The notes beneath the pieces are model-generated. The model was not told the DNA's origin and did no database searches. It was given only the letters and a program-made list of their open reading frames with translations. Positions 17,975 through 27,089 of a DNA stretch of 64,000 bases are shown in pieces (the first letter of the stretch is position 1; every line of letters begins with the position of its first letter). The position numbers and the translations under genes are program-made. This DNA comes from Candidatus Omnitrophota bacterium (GTDB taxonomy: Bacteria > Omnitrophota > Gorgyraeia > Gygaellales > Profunditerraquicolaceae). The DNA lies in contig JBHPDM010000001.1 in the NCBI GenBank assembly GCA_042577285.1, positions 16,665-80,664 on the forward strand, in the 5' to 3' direction.

Positions 17975-19186
17975 GTGCTAATGGCTATGAAGAAGATAAA
18001 ACTTTCCACCCTTGGATGCAAGGTCAATCAGTATGATACCCAGAGCATAAGGGAGAGATTTCTGGGTAAAGGGTATCAAGAGATATTCAATGGCAATGGT
18101 GCTGATATCTGTCTTATCAATACCTGCACAGTAACTGCCGCGGCTGACGCTAAGTCAAGAAACCTGGTCCGCAATGCGATAAAGGAGAACCCTTTTGCAA
18201 GAATAATAGTAACCGGGTGCATGGTAAAAGAAACCACCGAACCATTGCTTAATATCCGTGGAATAGACTATATAATCCCTAAGAGTTTTTTTAACGACGG
18301 AATTACCGGCTTTTCAGGACATACCCGCGCATTCTTAAAGATTCAGGATGGCTGTAACAATTTCTGCTCTTATTGTAAGGTTCCATTGGTCAGGGGCCGA
18401 TCGCAGAGCAGAGCATTATCTGGAATCGTCTGCGAAGCGCAGAAACTGGTAAAGAACGGTTACAGGGAGATCGTCCTTTGCGGGATTTGTCTCGGCGCTT
18501 ACGGTAGAGATCTAAAGCCTAAAAAAAACCTGGTGGCCGCGCTCCGGGAGCTTGAGAAGATCAAGGGGTTGCTGCGCATCAGGCTCAGCTCTATTGAGGC
18601 AGGAGACGTTTCGCAGGAGTTAATAGATGCAATAGCGGACTCTCAGAAGATTTGCCGGCATCTGCATATCCCTATCCAAAGCGGTGCTGATATCATACTC
18701 AAGAAGATGAACCGGAGATACAGCCGGAAGAAATACTCTAGGCTGGTTAAACATATCAAAAGGAGCATCCCGGGCGCGGCTATTACAACTGACGTGCTGG
18801 TGGGGTTTCCGGGAGAGAGCGAGGCGCACTTTAATAATACGATTGATTTAGTTAAAGAGATCGAGCCTTTACGCGTCCATGTGTTTCCCTACAGTGCGCG
18901 CACGGGGACACTAGCTTCTAAATTGAGCGGGGCAGTAAGTCCTGACGTAGTAAAGAAGAGGGTGCGGTGCGCTAAAAATCTTGCTGAGCAATGCTCCCGG
19001 AGTTTCCGTAAAAAATTTTTGGGAAAGAGTGAAGCCGTGCTTTTTGAAAACCGGGTTAACGGATCCGACAGCTCCTGGCAGGGATATACCGATAATTACA
19101 TCAAGGTCCGGATGAGGTCTTCTGCTAATCTAGAGAATATTATCAGGAGGGTGCGGCTGGATGAAGCACTTTTAGCTTTGGCATGA
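17975..19186 (+). CDS. mtaB: radical SAM tRNA methylthiotransferase (MtaB/MiaB family)
   Basis: N-terminal MTTase domain (LGCKVNQYDTQ), radical SAM CNNFCSYC, and a C-terminal TRAM-like region. The start may be the ATG at 17987. Confidence 0.75.
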   Translation: MLMAMKKIKLSTLGCKVNQYDTQSIRERFLGKGYQEIFNGNGADICLINTCTVTAAADAKSRNLVRNAIKENPFARIIVTGCMVKETTEPLLNIRGIDYIIPKSFFNDGITGFSGHTRAFLKIQDGCNNFCSYCKVPLVRGRSQSRALSGIVCEAQKLVKNGYREIVLCGICLGAYGRDLKPKKNLVAALRELEKIKGLLRIRLSSIEAGDVSQELIDAIADSQKICRHLHIPIQSGADIILKKMNRRYSRKKYSRLVKHIKRSIPGAAITTDVLVGFPGESEAHFNNTIDLVKEIEPLRVHVFPYSARTGTLASKLSGAVSPDVVKKRVRCAKNLAEQCSRSFRKKFLGKSEAVLFENRVNGSDSSWQGYTDNYIKVRMRSSANLENIIRRVRLDEALLALA

Positions 19187-19224
19187 GGAGAGTTTTTGGT
19201 ATAATAAGGAAAAAGGAGGAAGCG

Positions 19225-20592
19225 ATGAAAAAATTAGCGATGGTCCTACTGATGGTGGTTTCTATTACCGGCTATGTTTATGCGCAGCCTGAGCAGATAA
19301 CGATTACTACTTATTACCCTTCACCATATGGAAGTTATAATGATTTGGAAGTTCACAGGAGACTTACGCTTCTCAGGACAGATTTGAATACGGGCGAATT
19401 AAGACTTTGGACGCCCACCCCGGCTCCGGATGGTAGCGGGTGGCTTTTATATAACAGAGGTCCCGATAGCATACCCGGAGGAGATGGAAATAAACTTTAT
19501 CTTAATTATTTTGATGGAACAGATTTTTTTGGCCCACATTTAGTAATTCAACATTTTTCACCCCAGCCGGATATTAATTTTCCCCGTGTTGGTATCGGCA
19601 AAACCAATCCCACAGGTATTTTTGAGATTTCTCATGATAACTTGACTCCTGATTTTTTTGTAGGTAGTAGGTCATGTCCTAAATGCGTGGATGTCGGTAT
19701 AGGGACAGATGACCCAGAAGGCAGGCTTGGTATAAAAGGAGATAGTGAAAGGGGCGGAGAGGCAAGTGTAAGCTTGGGGGCTGTAGAGGGGAATGGGGGT
19801 GAGTTCGGTTTTGCAGGTTTAAGGTTTGTAACTACCCCCGGCCATAGTGCAAGAATAGAGTTGACAGGGGGGCCGGGTGGTTACGATGGTAATTTGAATA
19901 TACAGCTGCTTAGTGATATCAGGCGTATCACCATGAGTGCAGGCGGGAAGAGTAGATTGACCATGGGATATACGGATATGGTTGGTATTGGTCCTAATCT
20001 GGCTGTCGGTAACTATATCGTTCCACTTAGTCCTGATCCGCAAGCTTACACTTTCCGGGTCTCCGAAAATGGAATAGTAAATGATCTCGTTGTGAACCTT
20101 GATGGTCAGGTCTGTATTAATTGCGATCAAACGTCACAGGCGGATGTAAAGCTGGATGTAGATGGGAACTTAAAAGTAAGACAGATGAGGAGCTACGTAG
20201 GTGTTATAGACCCGCTATATTATGTATTCTCAGATGCGGAAGGATTATTTTACCAAGGCCCTCTGGTGCCAAGCAGTAGTAAAAAATACAAAAAAGATAT
20301 CCGGGATTTAAAAGTTGATCCGGCAAAAGTATTCCAGCTAAGGCCGGTAGAGTTCCGCTGGAAGGAATCCGGAAAAGAAGACATAGGATTAATTGCCGAG
20401 GAGGTCGATACGGCAATAAAAGATCTGGTGGTTTACGATAAAGAAGGAAAGCCGAATGGCGTGAAGTATGATAAGGTCCCGCTTTATTTATTAGAGGCGC
20501 TTAAGGAGCAGCAGAATGAGATTGAATATCTGAAGACAGAGACTGAGAGGATACAGGTATCCCTGGAGAAGCTCGAAGCCAGGCTAGATTAG
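19225..20592 (+). CDS. secreted protein with C-terminal peptidase-S74 intramolecular chaperone (tail-fiber-type auto-cleaving) domain
   Basis: ATG at 19225 after AAAGGAGG, with a signal peptide (MKKLAMVLLMVVSITGYVYA). The C-terminus SSSKKYKKDIRDL…FRWKESGKEDIGLIAEEV…VVYDKEGKPNGVKYDKVPLYLLEALKEQQNEIEYLK matches the S74 / endosialidase chaperone domain. Confidence 0.6.
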   Translation: MKKLAMVLLMVVSITGYVYAQPEQITITTYYPSPYGSYNDLEVHRRLTLLRTDLNTGELRLWTPTPAPDGSGWLLYNRGPDSIPGGDGNKLYLNYFDGTDFFGPHLVIQHFSPQPDINFPRVGIGKTNPTGIFEISHDNLTPDFFVGSRSCPKCVDVGIGTDDPEGRLGIKGDSERGGEASVSLGAVEGNGGEFGFAGLRFVTTPGHSARIELTGGPGGYDGNLNIQLLSDIRRITMSAGGKSRLTMGYTDMVGIGPNLAVGNYIVPLSPDPQAYTFRVSENGIVNDLVVNLDGQVCINCDQTSQADVKLDVDGNLKVRQMRSYVGVIDPLYYVFSDAEGLFYQGPLVPSSSKKYKKDIRDLKVDPAKVFQLRPVEFRWKESGKEDIGLIAEEVDTAIKDLVVYDKEGKPNGVKYDKVPLYLLEALKEQQNEIEYLKTETERIQVSLEKLEARLD

Positions 20593-20684
20593 GAAATCCC
20601 GCCAGAAAAGAAAGCGCTTTCCTTGACATAACCCCTTTAATATGTTATACTTTACCGTTTTTTACACTTCCGGAAAGGAGCCCT

Positions 20685-21266
20685 ATGTTATTAGATGCCG
20701 TAAGACAGTCTAACTGGTTGGATATTTTTATCGTAATCCTTTTGATCAGAACTATTTACGTCTCATTAAAAAGAGGATTTTCCACTGAATTATTCAAGCT
20801 TTTGGGCATAGTCGCTGCGACCTATATTTCTCTGCACTATTTTACTGCAATTTCTGACTTTATCAGGTCGCGCTCATCAACCGGCAAGATGCCTTTGGAA
20901 TTCTTGGATTTTTTATGTTTTCTGGTTTTAGCAAGCATCACCAATCTGATCTTTGTCTTTCTGCGTAAGGGATTCTTTCAATTTATTAAGATCGAAGCAG
21001 TCTCCGGATTGAACAAATGGGGTGGCCTTATCTTTGGCCTGGGGAGGGGATTCCTATTGGTCGGTCTAATAATCTTCGGGTTGACGATATCATCGATCAA
21101 GTATTTTAAGAACAGTGTGTCCGATTCATATTCCGGCAAGCGGATGTCAAGTGTCGCTGCGGATACCTACACATTCTTATGGGATAAGTTCTGGTCGAAG
21201 TTCATGTCTGGAGAGGAATATAACAGCACGGTTTTAGAAGTACAGGATAGGGGCTTGAAAGAATGA
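20685..21266 (+). CDS. cvpA: CvpA family membrane protein
   Basis: 193 aa. The N-terminus NWLDIFIVILLI and four TM segments are typical of CvpA. Confidence 0.7.
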   Translation: MLLDAVRQSNWLDIFIVILLIRTIYVSLKRGFSTELFKLLGIVAATYISLHYFTAISDFIRSRSSTGKMPLEFLDFLCFLVLASITNLIFVFLRKGFFQFIKIEAVSGLNKWGGLIFGLGRGFLLVGLIIFGLTISSIKYFKNSVSDSYSGKRMSSVAADTYTFLWDKFWSKFMSGEEYNSTVLEVQDRGLKE

Positions 21267-22135
21267 AGCTTTCGCGCTTATATAATTTAGCGGTAGAGCT
21301 TGGCAGTGAACGTGACCCCCGAAAGAAGAAGGGGATCAAATCATACGCTGATACGGCAATTTTAAACGGAAAATCAGATACCGGGGTCAATAAGGTATTG
21401 GTCGGGATCGATATCGAGGTCGGAGAGTTGTTACTGGCTGAAAGAATCCGCCGCAGAGAGGGCCTTGACCTTGTACTTTCGCACCACCCTGAGGGGCGCG
21501 CCTGGGCGGGGTTTTTCCGGGTTATGCAGCTTCAGATCAATTTACTTGAAAAGGCCGGGCTATCAAGGCAGACGGCCGAGCAGCTTGTCAATGAAAGGAT
21601 CCAGGAGGTAGAAAGAAGCGTCTTACCGAGGAATCATATGCAGGCAGTCGATGCTGCAAGGCTATTAGATATTCCCCTGATGTGCGTGCATACACCGGCT
21701 GATAACCACGCGGCAGATTTTATCCAGGGATTGCTAAATACAGAGAAGCCGAAGAAACTTGGCGATGTGGTAGATATCCTTGAGCAGGTGCCTGAGTATA
21801 AAGAGGCTAAGAAAGACCTCTTCGGCCCAAGGGTGATCATCGGCAATCTTAAGGGGCCGGTAGGTAAAGTTTTTGTCGAGATGACAGGGGGTACTGAGGG
21901 GCCGAAGAAAGCAATAAAGAAACTTAGGGCCTCCGGGGTGCGTACGCTTATAAGCATGCATTTAAGCGAACCGCACTTTAAAGAAGTAAAGGATGTTGGC
22001 CTTAACGTAGTGATCGCCGGACACATCTCTTCGGATACGCTGGGGATGAACTTATTGTTGGATCGAATCGAGAAACGCAGCAAGCAGGAGCTTCAGGTGA
22101 TCAACTGTTCGGGTTTCCGCAGGATAAAAAGGTAA
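21263..22135 (+). CDS. Nif3-like dinuclear metal-center protein
   Basis: DLVLSHHPEG (compare IVHHG/ITHHP) and a C-terminal VVIAGH…E…G pattern as in YbgI/NIF3. Confidence 0.55.
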   Translation: MKLSRLYNLAVELGSERDPRKKKGIKSYADTAILNGKSDTGVNKVLVGIDIEVGELLLAERIRRREGLDLVLSHHPEGRAWAGFFRVMQLQINLLEKAGLSRQTAEQLVNERIQEVERSVLPRNHMQAVDAARLLDIPLMCVHTPADNHAADFIQGLLNTEKPKKLGDVVDILEQVPEYKEAKKDLFGPRVIIGNLKGPVGKVFVEMTGGTEGPKKAIKKLRASGVRTLISMHLSEPHFKEVKDVGLNVVIAGHISSDTLGMNLLLDRIEKRSKQELQVINCSGFRRIKR

Positions 22136-22138
22136 GGG

Positions 22139-23893
22139 ATGAGCATAGGGCGCATACCGGAAAATATATTAGAGGATATCTTAGGAAGGGTCAATATAGT
22201 CGAGGTGATCGCCGGATATATTCCATTAAAGCGCGCAGGAAGAAATTTCAAGGCGCTCTGTCCCTTTCATCACGAGAAGACCGCTTCATTTATGGTCTCT
22301 CCTGACCGCCAGATCTACCATTGTTTTGGCTGCGCAAAAGGAGGAAACGCATTCCATTTTCTGATGGAGTACGAGCGGATGGAGTTCCCCGAAGCAGTCC
22401 AGTTCCTGGCTAAGAAGTGCGGGGTAGCCTTGCCCGAGAGGCAGGACGCAAAGACTGTCAGCACGACAGAGAAACTTTACAAGATAAACGAGATCGCTGC
22501 GAATTTCTACCAGCAGGCCTTAAATTCCCAGAGCGGCGCAAGGGCCAAAGATTATCTGATAAAGCGCGGGCTTTCACCGGAGACGATCAAAAGCTTTAAA
22601 TTAGGTTTTGCCTATGACCACTGGGATGCCCTGATGAACAGCCTGAGGCAGAAGGGGGTCAATCTTTCCCTGATCGAGAAGTCAGGATTGATCCTTTCTA
22701 AGCAGGGCGGCGGATATTACGATAGGTTCCGCAAGCGGATCACCTTTCCGATATTTGACATAAGATCACGCGTGCTTGCCTTCGGCGGCAGGGTGCTTGA
22801 TGAGACATTGCCGAAATACGTAAATTCTCCCGAGACCCCGATATACATCAAGGGCAGGAATCTTTACGGATTAACCTTTGCTAAAGAGGCGATCCGCCTT
22901 AAGGATCAGGTAGTGATCGTCGAGGGGTATCTGGACCTGATCATGCCATTCCAGCAGGGACTAAAGAATATAGTAGCCTCCCTCGGCACTGCCTTGACTA
23001 CCGATCAGGTAAGGCTCTTGAAGAGATACACCTCCAACGCGGTGATGATCTATGATGCCGATAGCGCAGGGGAGATCGCTACAATGCGGACTCTGGATAT
23101 ATTGATCGAAGAGGGGATGGATGTGCGAGTGGTCTCTCTTCCTAAAGGGTATGACCCGGATTCTTTTGTGCGCAGACAGGGAATAGAAAAGTTTACTCAA
23201 ATGCTAGAGAACGCAGAGAATCTCTTTGATTATAAGCTGAAGGTGCTAAAGGTGCGCTTTGACGCAACGAGCATTGAGGGTAAGGCTAAGATCTCCTCAG
23301 AGATGCTTTCGAGTATCAAGAAGTTTAAAAACGAAATCTTGAAGTCCGAGTATATTAAAAAGCTATCTTCAGCCTTAGATATTAATGAGGGGGCGCTTCT
23401 CTCGGAGCTAAAAAAAACAAGTTCTGACAAGCGTTATGCCCGGGAGTTTCAGCCTGCTGTCGGTAAGGCCAAGCTGATGAATCCTACTGAGAAGCTGCTG
23501 ATAAAACTAGTTTTAGAGGAGAATACTCTGATAAATCATATCAAGGAGAACCTTGACCCGGGCGATTTCCGCGACGAGCGTGCCGCGAGGATCGTGGCAG
23601 TGATGTTCGATCTGGTCAGCCAGGGTAAAAGTATTGACCCTAGGACGTTGACCAGCCATTTAGACGAAGACGGGATCCAAAACGTGATCAGTGAAACGAC
23701 TTTTCTCCCCCCAATACCGGAGCAGGACCGTGAGAGGGTGGTAGAAGATTGCATACAGAGGATGAAGTCAGAAAAAGAGAAGACGGTTAGGCACAATTTG
23801 CATCAGCAGATAAAAGTCGCTCAAGGCGCAGGAGATGATGATAAATTAAATAGATTGATGGAGAAGTTCCATCAATTAATAAAAAAAGGATAG
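22139..23893 (+). CDS. dnaG: DNA primase DnaG
   Basis: Zinc-binding [11 protein letters not shown]…[10 protein letters not shown], followed by a TOPRIM domain. Confidence 0.9.
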   Translation: MSIGRIPENILEDILGRVNIVEVIAGYIPLKRAGRNFKALCPFHHEKTASFMVSPDRQIYHCFGCAKGGNAFHFLMEYERMEFPEAVQFLAKKCGVALPERQDAKTVSTTEKLYKINEIAANFYQQALNSQSGARAKDYLIKRGLSPETIKSFKLGFAYDHWDALMNSLRQKGVNLSLIEKSGLILSKQGGGYYDRFRKRITFPIFDIRSRVLAFGGRVLDETLPKYVNSPETPIYIKGRNLYGLTFAKEAIRLKDQVVIVEGYLDLIMPFQQGLKNIVASLGTALTTDQVRLLKRYTSNAVMIYDADSAGEIATMRTLDILIEEGMDVRVVSLPKGYDPDSFVRRQGIEKFTQMLENAENLFDYKLKVLKVRFDATSIEGKAKISSEMLSSIKKFKNEILKSEYIKKLSSALDINEGALLSELKKTSSDKRYAREFQPAVGKAKLMNPTEKLLIKLVLEENTLINHIKENLDPGDFRDERAARIVAVMFDLVSQGKSIDPRTLTSHLDEDGIQNVISETTFLPPIPEQDRERVVEDCIQRMKSEKEKTVRHNLHQQIKVAQGAGDDDKLNRLMEKFHQLIKKG

Positions 23894-23897
23894 CCGG

Positions 23898-25448
23898 ATG
23901 AAAAAAGAAAGAAAAAAAAGAAAGTGCACCAAGAAGGATGTCGCCGCGATCATCGTCAAGGGTAAAAAGAAGGGGTATCTTACTTTTGACGACGTAAACG
24001 ACATGCTCCCTGATAATATTTCAACTTCTGAGGATATTGACCGTGTCTTTGAGATCCTCGGAAGCGAAGGGATAAAGGTGCTTGAGAATCAAAGCGAAAA
24101 GGACTTTAAGAGTACGGGGGCGCAAACCCAGAAGGCCGAAGCGCTTAGCCAGCAGTCGCGCGTTGAGGAGAAATTCCTGCCGCTTGATGATCCGGTTAAG
24201 ATGTATCTTAAGCAGATGGGTTCGATTTCACTACTTTCAAGAGAGAACGAGCTGAAGCTGGCAAAGAAGATCGAGGAGGCAGAGAACAATTTTAAGCGTG
24301 AAGCGCTTAAGACCAGATTTATCCGTAACCTGATCCTCGAAGTAGCGGATAAGGTTCTGGAGGAGAGGTTGAATTTTGAAGAGGTCCTCAAGGAGGATGT
24401 CAAGATCAGCAGGACTGGGATCTTGCGCAAAGTCAAAAGGCTGATCGACAGGGCAAGGAAGACGCGCAGCGTAAGAAAAAGTATCGAGTCCTTGATGGGA
24501 TTTACTGCTGTAACTTCGGTGTTTGAGGAGGCATCACGCGGTCTTAGCGCCCTGATCAGGGAGTTTGGTTCCCTGAAGAGGCGTCAGAGCCGTACTAAGG
24601 ATAGCCGTCTGCGCAGCCAAATGATCCTCTCGCAGATCGGAGAGCCATACTTGCAGACCAGGCAGCAGATGAAGATGATCAGGCTTACACATATGAAGTT
24701 TAACCGCGCAAAGAAGCAATTGGTCGAGGCAAACCTTAGGCTGGTAGTGAGTATTGCAAAGAAATACACCAACAGGGGGCTGTCGTTTCTGGACCTGATA
24801 CAGGAGGGGAATATCGGCCTGATGCGCGCAGTGGAGAAGTTTGAATACAGGAGGGGATATAAGTTTTCTACCTATGCGACCTGGTGGATAAGGCAGGCGA
24901 TCACACGCGCCATAGCTGACCAGGCGCGTACGATCAGGATCCCGGTACACATGACCGAGACGATCAATAAGATCATCCGGTTTTCGCGCGTCTTCGTCCA
25001 GAAGCACGGAAGAGAACCGACGCATGAAGAGATCTCTCATAAGATGAGCCTCCCGCAGAATAAGATCAAGGCGATCCTGAAGGTAGCGCAGGAGCCGATC
25101 TCTCTGCAGACACCGATCGGTGACGAAGGGGATACTCATTTCGGTGATTTTATCCAGGATAAAAAGGCAGTTTCCCCGGCGAACGCAACCGTACACACGA
25201 TGCTCAAGGAAGAGATGGGGGCTGCTTTGAACACTCTTACCGAACGGGAAAAGAAGATCCTTCTCTTAAGGTTCGGTGTGAATGACGGCTCCTCGCGTAC
25301 ATTGGAGGAAGTGGGCAATATATTTAAGGTGACCAGGGAGAGGGTGCGCCAGATCGAGGCAAAGGCCTTGAAGAAACTTAAGCATCCTACACGCTCCAGA
25401 AGGCTGCGCGCATTTCTGGACATGTCACTCGTCCACCAAAGGGATTAA
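23898..25448 (+). CDS. rpoD: RNA polymerase sigma factor RpoD
   Basis: Region 2 [54 protein letters not shown], and region 4 at the C-terminus. Confidence 0.9.
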   Translation: MKKERKKRKCTKKDVAAIIVKGKKKGYLTFDDVNDMLPDNISTSEDIDRVFEILGSEGIKVLENQSEKDFKSTGAQTQKAEALSQQSRVEEKFLPLDDPVKMYLKQMGSISLLSRENELKLAKKIEEAENNFKREALKTRFIRNLILEVADKVLEERLNFEEVLKEDVKISRTGILRKVKRLIDRARKTRSVRKSIESLMGFTAVTSVFEEASRGLSALIREFGSLKRRQSRTKDSRLRSQMILSQIGEPYLQTRQQMKMIRLTHMKFNRAKKQLVEANLRLVVSIAKKYTNRGLSFLDLIQEGNIGLMRAVEKFEYRRGYKFSTYATWWIRQAITRAIADQARTIRIPVHMTETINKIIRFSRVFVQKHGREPTHEEISHKMSLPQNKIKAILKVAQEPISLQTPIGDEGDTHFGDFIQDKKAVSPANATVHTMLKEEMGAALNTLTEREKKILLLRFGVNDGSSRTLEEVGNIFKVTRERVRQIEAKALKKLKHPTRSRRLRAFLDMSLVHQRD

Positions 25449-25460
25449 CCTTCCAAAAAT

Positions 25461-25499
25461 TAAGGGGCATTTTACTTTTTACAAGTAAAGTGCCCCTTA
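25461..25499. terminator. long hairpin (bidirectional terminator candidate) between rpoD (+) and the minus-strand gene
   Basis: TAAGGGGCAtTTTACT-ttttaca-AGTAAAGTGCCCCTTA. A/T runs flank it on both strands. Confidence 0.5.
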
Positions 25500-25515
25500 A
25501 TGACCGCAGTTCGTT

Positions 25516-25851
25516 CTATTCCTCTACTACTGCGTCAAACACGTAATCAGGTTTATAGAGCGGCTCGTAGTCCTTTGGTACTGCTGCGGGAAAACTTACT
25601 ATATCCCAGATACCTGAGAATATGCGGCCGATCGCTAAAGCCGTTCCCTTGACTGCCCCGGCGAATATACCGATCGCTGCATTATTGCTGGCCGTCCACT
25701 CCTCATCGATCGTTTGCGGGATCTCAAGGATACCAGTAAGGACGTTGCCTATACCGCGGGTTAATTTGTCAGCCGGGCTTTTTGCGAAGGCCACGGAAGA
25801 TAAGCCTACAATCAAGACAAGCGCTAAAACGATACTTACTACTTTTTTCAT
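25516..25851 (-). CDS. secreted small protein, TIGR04073-like (exosortase system-associated family)
   Basis: Signal peptide present. KLTRGIGNVLTGILEIPQTI and IWDIVSFPAAVPKDYEPLYKPDYVFD match what I recall of the TIGR04073 family. Strong RBS AAGGAGGT. Confidence 0.5.
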   Translation of the reverse strand: MKKVVSIVLALVLIVGLSSVAFAKSPADKLTRGIGNVLTGILEIPQTIDEEWTASNNAAIGIFAGAVKGTALAIGRIFSGIWDIVSFPAAVPKDYEPLYKPDYVFDAVVEE

Positions 25852-25935
25852 GCTTTACCTCCTTTTGCTTTAAATTATCACATAATCGAGCTTTGTCAAT
25901 AAGATTGATTGGATAGAGAAGTGAGGAATTTTTAC

Positions 25936-25964
25936 TTGCCAAAAGCAGGTAAAAATTGTAATAT
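25936..25964 (+). promoter_or_regulatory. sigma70-like promoter TTGCCA-17-TAATAT for the tRNA-Met/tRNA-Val transcript
   Basis: TTGCCA at 25936..25941, a 17-bp spacer, TAATAT at 25959..25964. A divergent minus-strand -35 (TTGACA, rc of 25894..25899) may serve the 25516..25851 gene. Confidence 0.5.
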
Positions 25965-26001
25965 ATAGTATTGAATTTCAGTAGGTTAAGTAGTTTTTGG
26001 T

Positions 26002-26210
26002 TATGGCGGGCCCATAGCTCATACATTAAATTAATAGCGAAGTATGGCTCTGGGCTTAGGAAGTTATAGCGGGCCCTCCCTCGTTGCTGATTCAGATTAG
26101 CTGCAACTCGGGATGGGCTAATGAAGTAATAGCGGGCCCATAGCTCTCCCTCGTCTCCGGGGTTTCAAAGCTGGCGACTCGGGATTCGCTATGGGGTAAC
26201 AGGTAAATTC
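26002..26210 (+). repeat. three degenerate direct repeats in the tRNA-Met leader, each starting with the tRNA-Met 5' acceptor sequence GGGCCC(ATAGCTC)
   Basis: Copies start near 26006, 26069 and 26134. Shared blocks are gggcccatagctc, ctccctcgt and actcgggat(g/t)(g/c)gcta. The first copy contains the 17-nt core TTAAATTAATAGCGAAG (26026..26042) also found in the tRNA-Ala leader. Confidence 0.7.
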
Positions 26211-26282
26211 GGGCCCATAGCTCAGCGGTAGAGCAGGTGACTCATAATCACTTGGTCGGAGGTTCGATCCCCCCTGGGCCCA
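26211..26282 (+). tRNA. tRNA-Met (anticodon CAT; elongator type, or tRNA-Ile2 if lysidinylated)
   Basis: GGGCCCATAGCTCAGCGGTAGAGCAGGTGACTCATAATCACTTGGTCGGAGGTTCGATCCCCCCTGGGCCCA. G1:C72 pairing makes an initiator unlikely. CCA is not encoded. One A:C mismatch in the T-stem. Confidence 0.8.
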
Positions 26283-26302
26283 TGAGATTTTGCGCAGCAA
26301 AA

Positions 26303-26470
26303 GCGAATCCCGAGCATCTAGCTATAGCCAGGAGGATGCGAGGGGGAATCCCGAGCATCTAGCTATAGCCGGGAGGATGCGAGGGGGAATCCCGAGCATC
26401 TAGCTATAGCCAGGAGGATGCGAGGGGGAATCCCGAGCATCTAGCTATAGCCGGGAGGATGCGAGGGAGA
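26303..26470 (+). repeat. 41-bp tandem direct repeat, 4 copies (GAATCCCGAGCATCTAGCTATAGCC(A/G)GGAGGATGCGAGGGG)
   Basis: The cccgagcatc anchor recurs at 26309, 26350, 26391 and 26432 (period 41). Copies are contiguous with no spacers. Confidence 0.85.
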
Positions 26471-26478
26471 ATAGATTT

Positions 26479-26754
26479 ATGTGGTATGTCTATATCCTCA
26501 AATGTAGGGATAGCTCGTTTTATGCTGGCATAACGAACAATATTCAAAGAAGGTTGGCAAGGCACAATAGTGGTAAAGCGTCAAAATATACAAGAGCTAG
26601 AAGACCAGTTAAATTGCTGTATGTAGAAAGCTTTGATTCTAAGGATAGTGCCTTACATAGAGAAATAGAAATCAAAAGCTTTAGTAGGGACAATAAGAAT
26701 AAGTTGATAAAATTTGGGCTTGGTCGGAGGTTTCCCTCGGCTGCAAAGATTTAG
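26479..26754 (+). CDS. GIY-YIG nuclease family protein (single-domain, YhbQ/UPF0213-like)
   Basis: MWYVYILKCRDSSFYAGITNNIQRRLARHN…ALHREIEIKSF carries the GIY…YIG…R…E motifs. Confidence 0.8.
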   Translation: MWYVYILKCRDSSFYAGITNNIQRRLARHNSGKASKYTRARRPVKLLYVESFDSKDSALHREIEIKSFSRDNKNKLIKFGLGRRFPSAAKI

Positions 26755-26776
26755 ATTGTTTCGCCTCGGGACAAGC

Positions 26777-26950
26777 GATCCCCCCTGGGCCCATGAGATT
26801 TTGCGCAGCAAAAGCGAATCCCGAGCATCTAGCTATAGCCAGGAGGATGCGAGGGGGAATCCCGAGCATCTAGCTATAGCCGGGAGGATGCGAGGGAGAA
26901 TCCCGAGCATCTAGCTATAGCCGGGAGGATGCGAGGGAGAATCCCGAGCA
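26777..26950 (+). repeat. duplicated tRNA-Met 3' end (17 nt) + leader + 3.3 copies of the 41-bp repeat
   Basis: 26777..26818 (GATCCCCCCTGGGCCCATGAGATTTTGCGCAGCAAAAGCGAATC) is identical to 26266..26307. The cccgagcatc anchor recurs at 26820, 26861, 26902 and (truncated) 26943. Confidence 0.85.
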
Positions 26951-26999
26951 GACGGCGCATCAGCATTCAGATACGAGGGAGAATAGATTGATGAGACAA

Positions 27000-27076
27000 G
27001 GGCGATTGGCTCAGTTGGTTAGAGCGCCACACTCACATTGTGGAGACCAGAGGTTCAAGTCCTCTATCGCCCACCA
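27000..27076 (+). tRNA. tRNA-Val (anticodon CAC)
   Basis: GGGCGATTGGCTCAGTTGGTTAGAGCGCCACACTCACATTGTGGAGACCAGAGGTTCAAGTCCTCTATCGCCCACCA. Anticodon loop CTCACAT. CCA is encoded. Confidence 0.85.
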
Positions 27077-27089
27077 TTAAAGAAAAAGG

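Noticed and set aside
26211-26282. Possibility that the CAT-anticodon tRNA is the initiator tRNA-fMet
   Set aside because: The acceptor stem has a normal G1:C72 pair rather than the C1:A72 mismatch. The anticodon stem lacks the three consecutive G:C pairs of bacterial initiators. It is therefore called elongator Met, or tRNA-Ile2 if lysidinylated.
26303-26950. 41-bp direct repeats that could be mistaken for a CRISPR array
   Set aside because: The copies are contiguous with no intervening unique spacers, and the unit is not palindromic in the way CRISPR repeats typically are. No cas genes are nearby. They are simple tandem repeats associated with the tRNA / GIY-YIG island.
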